Positions 32,114 through 42,521 of a DNA stretch of 64,000 bases are shown here, piece by piece. Under the pieces are notes generated by a model. It had not been told where the DNA came from. It was given only the letters and a program-made list of their open reading frames with translations, and searched no databases. The DNA is taken from contig MU006099.1 in assembly GCA_010093705.1 (NCBI GenBank), positions 372,001 to 436,000 on the forward strand. The letters run 5' to 3'. The first letter of the stretch is position 1. Each line of letters begins with the position of its first letter. The translations under genes and the position numbers were made by a program. The stretch comes from Patellaria atrata CBS 101060 (Eukaryota).

Positions 32114-33915
32114 TGTCAGCTGTCAGCCATGGAGTAGTATGGAGCACTAAAAGTCTATCTTCAAAAGTCATCTGTTTCGTCCTCAACCGACTCCACTATC
32201 TCAACAGATATCTCAAAGACTATTAGCTAATATTGAGATTTGGATATGTGTTCTCGGTAGCTCTTCAATATATATAGACGTTCCTTCCGTAGATAGATAG
32301 AAATCAAGCGATTATCTTGATTTTTCAGTACCCTCACGTCTGAGAGTTATGAGCCCGGTTTGCACTAATGCTTGAAGATACGTATGTCTATTGATCAACT
32401 TTTGAATTTTGATCTCTCTTAGGGCTCCTTTTTAGTGGTGATATAACTTAACCCTATTTGCCCAAATCTTGATCAAATATCTCCTTTCTTTCGATCAGTA
32501 GATGCTCGTTTTAGCCACGACTACTATGGACCAAGATGTCGTCTACACGACGAACAACAAACTACACCCAGGCGATACTAAACACCCACTCAGATTGGCA
32601 TAGGTGGATTGGCGTCATCAGGGGAAAAGCGATTGATGAGGAGATCTGGAACTATATCAACCCGGACAAATCCACCCCAGCTCGTGTACTGATTCCGAAT
32701 ATCGAGGAAGCTAAAAATCCTCTTATTTTGAGGGAGTATTCGGATAAACGACGATTTATGAGAGAAATCAACAATCTAGTCTACGAGACTATTGCCCGTG
32801 CGTTATATCGCCTATATCAGTAACTGTTCTGATCTCCACGATCGTCTCGTCAAGTTGAAAGAGAGACTGAAGCCGAATACTCATGCGACCCATGTGGAAA
32901 TAACGAGCAAATTAAGACAGCTGAAATCGAGTATTGGGAAAAGCAATATCGACAACTGGCTCAACAGCTTTGAGCTCGTTTATATGGAAGCAAAAACGCT
33001 TGAACACTCCTCCCCAGACGCCAGCTTCTTTGAATTCGAATTCTTGAGCTGTCTCAAAGTCAAAGATCCAGCCTGGGTATCGTTCAGAGAAGGCCAACTG
33101 GAACTAGCCATTGAAAACAACGAATTGACTCCAAAGGTGCCTCAATTGATATCAGCTTATGAAAATTATAGACGACATATCGAAGCCACAGGAGGAGATC
33201 CAGATCAGCACCAAGAGACAGCTTTTGCTACGTTTCAGGGGAACTCAAATGAGCCAAAAGCTCAAAATCATGCTTCCCAAAGCTTCTAAAGCTCTTAGTC
33301 GAAATGGAAGGGTGCCAACTGTTTCTGTGGCCAAAAGCACCAGTTCCACACCTACGTATCCATCAATCAAGCTATCAAGAGAGGCTCTGATTCGTCAGAA
33401 GCAAGGCAAAAAGAGGTAGTTAAAGCCATTGAGGAAGCACCAGAAAGGAAGAAAAGGATCATTGAAAATATCCGAGCTAGAGCGAACAAAGACAAGCCTG
33501 AAACGACACCACATACCTCCAAAGGTGGGGACCCTAAAGGAAGAAAAAGGGCTTATTTATGAAGATAGCAGCCGATAAGCCGTTCAAATTCATGAAATCG
33601 TTTATGCTCGACGGAGGCTCTGACGTCCATATTTACAACAATCCCGAGCTTTTTCACGTCGAACGAGTGGAACCAGGCCTGACAGTCGGTGTGGGACTTG
33701 GTACAGCTCCAGTGGATGCTATAGGTAGCTTTGAAGTGCCTATTTCGACACCAAATGGACTAGGAACGTTCATTCTAAGAGATGCCTATCTGGTGCCCAC
33801 CTTTGCGACCTCACTGATATCAGCTTCTAGAGCAGAGGCCAAGGGGTTCTTTCATAACGCTCGAAAACGTGTTATTGAAAATACCGAGGGAGAAAGGGGT
33901 AGCGTGAGGGAGTAG
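32114..33915 (+). mobile_element. Truncated, frameshifted Ty1/copia LTR-retrotransposon relic (probable 5' LTR, PBS, gag, protease; no integrase/RT)
   Basis: GTTATGAGCCC at 32346-32356 resembles the fungal copia primer-binding site. Gag-like N-terminus ILNTHSDWHRWIGVI..IWNYINP, a broken Cys/His knuckle (CFCGQKH ~33317) and an aspartic-protease-like FMLDGGSDVHIYN are split over several frames. The LTR 5' boundary is uncertain. Confidence 0.75.
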
Positions 33916-34456
33916 GGGTATATAACATCGTTTCCCCTTTCCTTCTTCTATTTTCCATCTTCTTCTCTATGTGAGAGTAAGGTAGAGATAATCACATTTG
34001 GACGATATTGATTGATGATGATTGGGAAGGAGTTAGAAAACCTTCCATTTGGGAAACACGGAAGAAGCGTGAAATTGGAGACTTGCGCTTACCCGAATTG
34101 GAAAGGTAAAGAGACAAACTGGTTCAAATGGGGTGTGATCGTAGATTTTAGGTAGCGGCGATGAGGGCGGGTATTGGGGGACGAGAGTAATGCCAAGTAT
34201 CACCGTCGTTATTGACCACTGGTCCTACTCCGGATTCTGTTGTAGTTGAATTTGTTAAGGTGGGAGCCTGAGACCTGAGACCACGAGTCTCCGTCCAAAA
34301 TAAAAGGAACATCTACGTCATATTTCATTCCCAATCTCAGGTTTTGGTTCCTAAAAGTCTCTTTCCTAGCGAACAGATTCTGTCTTCTCGAATATAACCT
34401 ACAACCACCTAAGCATCAAAAATCAGTGCCAGAAAAGAACACAAAGAACAAATGAT

Positions 34457-34592
34457 AAAAAAAAAGTTGCAAAATTAAAAACAGTTCCCCCCGCCGAAGC
34501 GGGCGTACATCTGCCCTCCTCCCGTTGGGGAGGCTCGGTGTTATACATTTAAAGGATGGGACATACGTACATTACTATTCGGTTATGGCCCC
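34457..34592 (-). ncRNA. Candidate Pol III structured RNA / SINE-like element, copy B (degenerate head)
   Basis: Minus strand reads GGGGCCA-TAACCGAATAG (A-box-like, 2 mismatches) ... CCGAGC, a GC hairpin, then GCAGATGTAC-GCCCGC TTCG GCGGGG-GGAACTGTTTTT and a T9 run. A TATA-like TACATATAAG lies ~30 nt upstream. The 3' motif is shared with the element at 39825-39981. Confidence 0.5.
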
Positions 34593-35308
34593 GAGGTGAT
34601 GGATGTTCACGCAGGTGGTGCTTATATGTAAACGCGCCGCTGTCACGTGGGTGCGGGATAAAACTCTTTTATACCTTGATCTAGTTATGCATCACTGTGC
34701 AGACTTGTGCAGTTGATAGGGGATAGGGGAATATATCTTCTCCCGATTTTTCCTCCCGTCGCTTCTTACCCATTTCTTCCTTCTCCTTTAAGATTGGAAA
34801 GCAGGTTGAGTGGGTATATGGTCCGCGGAAGTTTTATCCTTGGAACTGGCCATCACATTTGGAAAACCATTCTCAAGAACTAAGTGCGTTATTCTAGGAA
34901 GGGGAGTTTACAGGGCTTTTTTATGGAATTTCAGACGTAAGAGCATGGTAGTCATAATGATGACGAATATCAAGGGGTTGGGGTGATTAGAGGATTAGGC
35001 AATGGTAATGAAGAGTACTATCTTTGTAATCAGCATCATTTACTCCTATGTCTCCTGCTATAATGATGTGGATAGTAACACTCCAGAGAGGACAAATATT
35101 CCGACCCAATACACCTCCTCCACCATTGCACTTTCTTCTTTCTTATCCTCCCACGCCGCGTATCTCCTCGATAATTCCGCAGTCCCGACTTTAGGTCCTA
35201 GGAGAGGGAAAAGAATATTTCCTACTATTGGAAAGTATGAGTGTGTGAGGTCAAGTGTAGAGTTGATGTATTGTGTGTAGGAGGAACTAGAGGGGACAAG
35301 CATATATA

Positions 35309-37121
35309 ACGTGCCGCATCGGTCAGTGGCCACAATCAGTCAGTGGCCACACCCCACTAAACCAACCGCGCTTTTTAGCTAATAGCGCTATAACAACAAA
35401 ATTGATTAAGCTAGAAATTAAGATAGAGATTCCTTAGATAGTAGTACATTGACGCCTGTTATAACCTTGGATATAGCACTTTGAGCATGTTGGTGGTGCG
35501 CGCTGGCGCGTAGTAGAGCCCTCGCTCGCCACCACCTCTGGTACCACATTATCCAGCTGCTCTACTAGCTGCTAGCCTGCCTGCGCCTGTAAAGCTCCTC
35601 CGCGAGCAATATACCTACGGCGGATATCCTGCTTCTGTCTACGGCGTTAAGATGCAGCTCGTAGCTCAGTAACCTCTCTAGTAAGGAGCGCAGTCTGAGC
35701 TAGTGCCATATGGCAGCTTTTAATAACTTGGTTAACTGCCTAGCTTGTAGGGCTCTGTAAGTTGCGCTGGAGAAGCTACTTAATAAGGTGAGCCTGCTGC
35801 TCAAGCTGAGTAGTAGTATGAGGTGTCTCTGCTGTCCAGGGCTCTCCGTGTGAGGTTGATGGAGGTGATGGAGTCTTTTTAATAACCGTTAGCGATGATA
35901 GTATACGCTGTGGATCAGCTGGCACGAGGCCTATAGCCTGGAAACCACTTCTAATTGTCTGCTCTATGAACACTATAGGCCGTGCCTCTCTATAGAGTAG
36001 TAGGAAGTCGAGCTTGTCAATATAGTGGATACCCTGCCGAGCTAGCTCCTGTACACCCTGTCCATATACTCGCTTGAGAGGAGAGAAGCAGCTGACGTCA
36101 AGCGGCTAGAGAAGGTGTGACGTATATACAGGCATATAAAGGGTAACTATCCTATTCTCTAGATAAAAGGTGTCGAATTCTGGTGTTATATGGCTACTAT
36201 GGCCGTCAACGATAAGTAATCGATAGGTACCGACTATACGCGCCCTTGTAGAGCTATTAAAGTGCTGTAGCCAGGCGAAACCAAGCTGATCAGTCGTCTA
36301 GCCATTATCACTGACTGCTAGCATCCAGTTGGTAGGTAGGTCTTGGTACCAGCTTGCCTGGTGGACCTTGCCTGCGAAGATAATAAAGGGTGGAATCGCC
36401 CATCCAGACGCGTTAATACATTCAATAGCTGTGACCCACTCGCGATTGCCTGGCTGTATAACTGCTCGCCGACCTATTGTATCTGAGCTTGTAATGACTT
36501 TTGATGTTGCTATAACCCCCATCATAAACCCAGTCTCGTCGAAATTGTACGTATCTTCATCAAGAATGCCGTATAATAGGCGCGTTACCTTAACACGCTT
36601 AAACCACGCGTTAATTGTCTCTAGATTCTCGCACCTGGCACGCTATGAGTGGAATCGACGATTCCACTTTGTCTGTAGCTCTGGCTGAGCCTTGATAAAT
36701 CGATTGACCCAGCATTTCCCGACTAGCTGGGGGGGAGTTGTCTGGCCGCGCGCAGCTAGTAGATGATCTGCCATCCGCCGTACGTCGATTATCTATGGTG
36801 GAAATCCGCGTCGGTCGAGTTCTAGTATCCACTGTACTAGAGACTGCTCCTCTAGTTGGTGTAGCTTTCGTTTCTGGGCATTGGTCGTAGCTTAGGGGAG
36901 GATACCATGGACGCGTCGGCGTAGCGTGGTTCGGGGGACGTTATATACTGCTGCAGCCTTTTTATAGCTTAAAATTTGCTTATTCTGAATTGCCTGCTTT
37001 GATAGAGCTAGTCTACCTTCCTTCTGGAGCTGCTGGGCGCTGTGTTGTAGTGGCATCGCGGGTTTGGTGGAAGACGTGTCGCGATTTTGGTGGGGTGTGG
37101 CCACTGACCGATGCGGCACGT
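35309..37121 (-). mobile_element. Fot1/pogo (Tc1-mariner superfamily) DNA transposon, ~1.81 kb, mutated in a RIP-like pattern
   Basis: TIRs ACGTGCCGCATCGGTCAGTGGCCACA at 35309 and the reverse complement ending at 37121. TA target-site duplication on both sides. Internal transposase remnants. Confidence 0.93.
35435..37056 (-). pseudogene. Fot1-type DDE transposase pseudogene
   Basis: MPLQHSAQQLQKEGRL..YNVPRTTLRRR (HTH), NFDETGFMMG, QPGNREWVTAIECI and DGH motifs. Many TAA/TAG stops at positions that look like former CAA/CAG codons. The C-terminal knuckle reads CSKCYIQGY versus CSNCHIQGH in the neighbouring copy. Confidence 0.9.
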
Positions 37122-37237
37122 TACCCGACTGAGTGCTTAGTCAGGTCTGATACCTAACGTGCTTTACCAGTCAGTGGGACACACCAGTCAGTGGGACATC
37201 CCACCAAAACCACCCCACGTCTTCAACAAAATCAACA

Positions 37238-38866
37238 ATGCCACTAACACAGAACCTTCAGAAGCTCCGGCAAGAAGGTAGATTACTTATTGCTACTAAG
37301 TCGCTTCAAGAAAACAGAATTTCAAGTGTCCGGAAGGCCGCCGGATTGTACGATGTTCCAAAGTCTACTCTCCATCGTCGCGTACATGGCATAACACCTC
37401 AGAGCGTGTCTAATTCGCAAAAACAAAAGCTAAAGCTATCTGAGCAGCAGGCGCTCGTAGAATGGGTCCTAGATCTCGACCGACGCGGATTTCCGCCCCA
37501 TATCATCGACGTACGACGAATGGCAGACCATTTACTCGCGGCACGCGGCCAGAATCCTCCTCCCACACCCGTTGGTAAGAACTGGGTATGCCGCTTTATC
37601 AACAACCAGCCAGACCTACAGACAAAATGGAATAGGAAGTTCCATTCTCAACGCGCGAAATGCGAAGATCGAGACATATTTCGCGAGTGGTATGGGCGTG
37701 TAAACGAGACGCGCCAGAAGTATGGCATCCTAGACGAAGATAGCTACAACTTTGACGAGACTGGATTTATGATGGGTGTATCTGCGACATCAAAAGTCGT
37801 TACAAGCTCTGATACTATAGGCCGAGCAATTCTCATACAACCAGGCAATCGCGAATGGTCAACGGTGATTGAATGTATTAATGCCACCGGGTGGGCAATC
37901 CCGCCCTTCGTTATCCTTCCAGGAAAGCTCCACCAGTCAAGCTGGTATCAGGATCTACCCGGTAACTGGATGCTCGCTGTTAGCGATAATGGCTGGACAA
38001 CAAATAAGTTAGGATTCGAATGGATTAAGCACTTTGACAACTGTACAAAGTCTTATACAAAGGGGATCTACCGTCTACTTATACTTGACGGTCATGGTAG
38101 CCACGCAACGCCTGAATTTGACCAATACTGTATGGAAAATAAGATTATTACCCTCTGCATGCCGTCGCATACGTCANNNNNNNNNNNNNNNNNNNNNNNN
38201 NNNNNNNNNNNNNNNNNNNNNNNNNNNNNNNNNNNNNNNNNNNNNNNNNNNNNNNNNNNNNNNNNNNNNNNNNNNNNNNNNNNNNNNNNNNNNNNNNNNN
38301 NNNNNNNNNNNNNNNNNNNNNNNNNNNNNNNNNNNNNNNNNNNNNNNNNNNNNNNNNNNNNNNNNNNNNNNNNNNNNNNNNNNNNNNNNNNNNNNNNNNN
38401 NNNNNNNNNNNNNNNNNNNNNNNNNNNNNNNNNNNNNNNNNNNNNNNNNNNNNNNNNNNNNNNNNNNNNNNNNNNNNNNNNNNNNNNNNNNNNNNNNNNN
38501 NNNNNNNNNNNNNNNNNNNNNNNNNNNNNNNNNNNNNNNNNNNNNNNNNNNNNNNNNNNNNNNNNNNNNNNNNNNNNNNNNNNNNNNNNNNNNNNNNNNN
38601 NNNNNNNNNNNNNNNNNNNNNNNNNNNNNNNNNNNNNNNNNNNNNNNNNNNNNNNNNNNNNNNNNNNNNNNNNNNNNNNNNNNNNNNNNNNNNNNNNNNN
38701 NNNNNNNNNNNNNNNNNNNNNNNNNNNNNNNNNNNNNNNNNNNNNNNNNNNNNNNNACCAGAACTGGGCTGGTCAGACGCGACAGCGAGCAGCACCAACG
38801 TGCTCTAACTGCCATATCCAAGGCCACACAAGGCGTCAATGTACTAGTGTCTCAAGTAGCTCCTAA
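37238..38866 (+). CDS. Fot1-type transposase (HTH-psq, HTH-CENPB, DDE_1, C-terminal CCHC knuckle), interrupted by an assembly gap
   Basis: No stops in the sequenced parts. Motifs YDVPKSTLHRR, GKNWVCRF, YNFDETGF, LLILDGHGSH, CSNCHIQGHTRRQC. Confidence 0.85.
   Translation: MPLTQNLQKLRQEGRLLIATKSLQENRISSVRKAAGLYDVPKSTLHRRVHGITPQSVSNSQKQKLKLSEQQALVEWVLDLDRRGFPPHIIDVRRMADHLLAARGQNPPPTPVGKNWVCRFINNQPDLQTKWNRKFHSQRAKCEDRDIFREWYGRVNETRQKYGILDEDSYNFDETGFMMGVSATSKVVTSSDTIGRAILIQPGNREWSTVIECINATGWAIPPFVILPGKLHQSSWYQDLPGNWMLAVSDNGWTTNKLGFEWIKHFDNCTKSYTKGIYRLLILDGHGSHATPEFDQYCMENKIITLCMPSHTSXXXXXXXXXXXXXXXXXXXXXXXXXXXXXXXXXXXXXXXXXXXXXXXXXXXXXXXXXXXXXXXXXXXXXXXXXXXXXXXXXXXXXXXXXXXXXXXXXXXXXXXXXXXXXXXXXXXXXXXXXXXXXXXXXXXXXXXXXXXXXXXXXXXXXXXXXXXXXXXXXXXXXXXXXXXXXXXXXXXXXXXXXXXXXXXXXXQNWAGQTRQRAAPTCSNCHIQGHTRRQCTSVSSSS
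38177..38756. other. Assembly gap (N run) inside the transposase
   Basis: Run of N. Confidence 0.99.
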
Positions 38867-39824
38867 GTATAATTTTATTTGAATATATTTTGTTGTAGTG
38901 GAGTAATTGTATGAAAACGCTGGTTGATCTTGGTGGGGTGTCCCACTGAGTGGTGTGTCCCACTGACTGGTAAAGCACGTTACCTTTAATTTGATATCCG
39001 CAACTCAAAAACAAAACAGGGGCCATTTTCTTGGTGCCTCCCTTTTGCTTTGTTGCCCAACAGACAATTCTGTGAGAGCTTGGAAAATAACGCGATCAAG
39101 AGCAAGCGGCTTTTATACGGTCCTGGGTTGCGAGACCGGCGGCAATATTCCTTCTGCGGGCAGTGATCGCAGTGATCAAATCTCCATTGGTGTTTTCAAG
39201 GATGTCCTATTATCGTATCCATTTCATCAACAGATTATAGACTGTAGAGTATAAGTTGGACGTTTAAGAATTATGAAAGTTATCTCCTTGAGCGTTTCTC
39301 TACCAGAAAAGTGAGCAGGAGCCTCATCGCGTTATCTCTCCAGCCGTATACATATCGACGGTCTGGGTTTTGACCGTTTGCATCTTAGGGGTTGTTTATA
39401 GCTATCCTGCCGTGGATCCACTTGAATAGGGGAGAAGCGCAGACTGCCAGATCTGGTTTCACCTAATCGTCTCAGCTATTTTGCTAGGTGAATTTCGTTT
39501 CTTATTATTGTTTACTCGTTTTGGGCTATCTCCTTTTTGAACCATGCTGTAAGTTCATGTCTGATCCTTTCTTGACTATAAACTATCCAAATTGCTGGAC
39601 GATGAGGAATAGAGGTCGGTTCATTGCAGAGATCTCGGTTGAAGTAATAGTAATCGGTCGAGAAAGGCGATATTGTCAGGAAATGGCTTGAACATTAGTC
39701 ATGTCCCAAATAGGAGCTTCCACCTAACATTCTTTCAGTCAAACGGGGCAAACAAGGTACATATATCCCGCCCAACCACTTGAAGCTTATCAACAAAAGA
39801 ATCGTCACTGCTTTCCATAACCCA

Positions 39825-39981
39825 GGGCCTGTGGCCTAGTGGTGGGAAAGTCCCCACCACACCGATCAGGCCAAATACGGCAACTGGTCCTGGGGTCGAT
39901 TCCTTCGGGCCCCGAGCTGGGGGCAGCAGATGTACCACGTCCTCTTCGGAGAGCGTGGGAACTGTTTTGCCATTTTTTTTT
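39825..39981 (+). ncRNA. Candidate Pol III structured RNA / tRNA-derived SINE-like element, copy A
   Basis: Perfect A box TGGCCTAGTGG (39832-39842) and near-consensus B box GGGTCGATTCC (39893-39903). Acceptor-like stem GGGCCTG/CGGGCCC and inserted hairpin GTGGTGGG..CCCACCAC. These are followed by GCAGATGTAC-CACGTCCTC TTCG GAGAGCGTG-GGAACTGTTTT and a T9 terminator-like run. It does not fold as a canonical tRNA. Confidence 0.6.
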
Positions 39982-40349
39982 CCCCCCTAATATTAATTCT
40001 TCCTCAATTTAGTTTTCTGATGACTATCTATCTATCTTTTGATTCTTCACTGACTTGAAGGGCGAGGTAGGGTTGTTATTTGTTTGGTATCTCTATATGT
40101 GTATTTCTTGTGAGACCGTTGCGAGAGGATTTCAAAAGTCGTATTGATGGTTTCAAGAAGTTTATTTAAGAGTTTGAAGGGTCCGCTCGGTCCGCTCCCG
40201 GAGATAACTAGAACTAAGCTCCGAAAAGTAACATCAATTGCTAATTTACCATACCAAGCACAATCAAACCCTAAAGATAATTTTCTACACTGTCGAATTA
40301 ATTTCAAAGCATCCAAAACACTAGAACAGGTTGGTCTTTTACTACTAAT

Positions 40350-41466
40350 ATGTCTAACACTGCGGTAATCAAACCAGGCAACACTTCTCTCATCACCGGC
40401 GGAGCGTCAGGGATCGGTCTTGCTGTTGCAACATTATGTCGTAAGCATGGTATGCGCGTTGCTATTGTCGACTATAGCAATGAGTATCTTGCCAAAGCAA
40501 AAGAGATACTTGGAGGGTCAGAAGATGTAGAGACGTATCAAGTTGACGTTAGCGACCTGAATCAATTGCACCGACTCAAGGACAAGGTTCTTGAGAGGTT
40601 TGGTAGCGTAGAGTTTCTGATGCTGAATGCCGGCGTGAGCGCGAAGGGAGGTTGGAATGATGTGGACTACTTCCATAAGGTATGGATAGAACGTTGGGAA
40701 ACTATCCACTAATATGACCTCTAGAGTCCTCGTATTCATTTCAACAGCTAATCAACGTTGCCCACTAGATTCTTGATACGAATCTCTACGGCGTCATAAA
40801 CGGTATTTCTACCTTTATGCCCGTCGTAACATCCGCTAGCGGGCCATCCGCGATTGTTATCACTGGTAGTAAGCAAGGTATCACGAACCCGCCCGGAAAT
40901 CCTGCCTACAATGCCTCCAAAGCAGCTGTGAAGGCACTCGCAGAGCATCTGAGCTACGATCTGAGAGATACGAAGACGAGCGTGCATTTATTGGTACCTG
41001 GATGGACTTTTACTGGTATGGTGAGTAGCTATTTCCTCCCCCTAGGATGATTTCGTCGGTTCACCCTCTCTCTAAGTCGGAAATAACTACCAAAACACAA
41101 TGTTTAATACCGTGCAATTCTGCAATACTGACATATATTTCTCTACATTCTCAGTCCGGAGGAGGCCCTCTCTCCAACACTGAGAAGCCGGCAGGTGCAT
41201 GGTGGCCTGAACAAGTTGCAGATTATCTTTACCAGAAGATGGACGAAGGCAAGTTCTACGCCATATGCCCTGATAATGATGTAACATCGGACATGGATAA
41301 GAAGCGTATGCTTTGGAGTAATGGTGACTTAGTTGATGAACGCCCGGCATTATCGAGGTGGAGGGAGACCTGGCAGGACGACGTGAAAGCGTATATGAAA
41401 AGAGACTTAAATGATTTGATGGGCTCTCCCAATCTGTCACAGATGGGTAATGAAATCGAAGAATGA
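40350..41466 (+). CDS. Short-chain dehydrogenase/reductase (~297 aa); exons 40350-40679, 40769-41020, 41155-41466
   Basis: TGGASGIG Rossmann motif, LNAG, catalytic YNASK; two canonical introns in phase. Confidence 0.92.
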
Positions 41467-41794
41467 ATTGAGTTCAAAGGAAATAAATACTAAAGATCTT
41501 TGAACGGAGTACAGTGTTATGACCATTACCCACCACCAAACCACCCTTTTAAGCTTTGTAAGATTGAGATGATACTCAGCTGTTGTTGTAGACTGGCAAT
41601 ATGATCAATCAAGAGGGGTCCAGCAGAACAATTTCTCAAAGAGACACCGATCCTAAAATGGAATTCGGTCTGTGCGTTAGCTCCCGTCCTGACGTTACGC
41701 GGCAAATGTTGCCTTGCACGGAGAGCTACAAAACCCCCCATCTCACTTCTTCCGAATAATATCGAAAAGGATAGTGTTTACAATTTGATTCAGA

Positions 41795-42521
41795 ATGTCT
41801 GGTTACGAGGGTCAGTCAATCCTTCAACGGTCTGCCTCAAAACTGTGCTAATTCCTTTCTAGTGGAACACAACATCAGACCCGCCCAACAGAGCTCTAAA
41901 CCCTCGCGTCTCCCAGATATGTCAACCTTCTTCACGACTCTAGAGTACGCAGACACAACTGGACCTCGCTCGCCTTCAAACTCGCACTCCATACCTATAC
42001 CCGACGATATAGCCGCGCTACACCGTCTGTTTATCAATGCACTTCAAGTCATCGCTGCGGACCACGAATCGGGAAGTTCAGGTCTTGAATCTTCAGATGA
42101 GACTGGACATAGCGCGTTAATATCACGAATGATTGAAGAGTTGAGAATAGGCGCGGATGAGCCTCCAAGGGAGCTGAAAGGCGTCCCGGACGAGTTTTTA
42201 GCACAACTGGAGAGAGTTCCTAAAGCGAAGTTGGATAAAGATAACGATTGTCCTATTTGCGGGAATCCGTTCTTAGATGGTATAATCTACATACTCGGCT
42301 TATATACCTCAAAATGCTCACACTTGGCTGTAGACCCGTATCCTCTCGTCGTCCGATTACCATGCCACAAGACTCACTTGGTCGATCTCGAATGTATAAC
42401 TCCGTGGCTGAAACTGAATCCCACTTGTCCCATGGACCGGAAAGTAATATACGAAAAGAAGAAACCTCCTCCGCCTGCAGATGATGATGAAGACGGTGAG
42501 TATGATGATATGTACGCTTGA
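41795..42521 (+). CDS. Small RING-finger protein, probable E3 ligase (YBR062C/RNF181-like); exons 41795-41810, 41863-42279, 42334-42521
   Basis: Spliced N-terminus MSGYE|VEHN; RING-like CPIC..DPYPLVVRLPC HKTHLVDLEC ITPWLKLNPTCPMD; acidic tail. Family assignment is from memory of the motif. Confidence 0.85.

Larger units (their letters stand above)
37157..38980 (+). mobile_element. Second Fot1/pogo DNA transposon (related but distinct family), ~1.82 kb including a gap
   Basis: TIR ACGTGCTTTACCAGTCAGTGGGACACACCA at 37157, matched by the reverse complement ending at 38980. Flanking TA duplications. Internal direct repeat of TCAGTGGGACA in both TIRs. Confidence 0.94.

Noticed and set aside
35309..35352. 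Short direct repeats (TCAGTGGCCACA) as a CRISPR-like array
   Set aside because: They are internal repeats of Fot1 TIRs in a eukaryotic genome, with no spacer array or cas genes.
39846..39855. GAAAGTCCCC resembling RNase MRP conserved region I
   Set aside because: It is sequestered in a local hairpin, no downstream CR-V partner is visible, and the element is too short.
39825..39913. Canonical tRNA (including tRNA-Sec)
   Set aside because: There is no proper anticodon stem-loop, the T-stem is defective (G at position 54, one nt short) and there is a large D-loop insertion. Kept only as tRNA-like.
39816..39968. 5S rRNA gene (CCATA, CCGATC and GTACCACG..CGTGGGAA similarities)
   Set aside because: Only short patches resemble 5S; the overall length, helix I closure and spacing do not fit.
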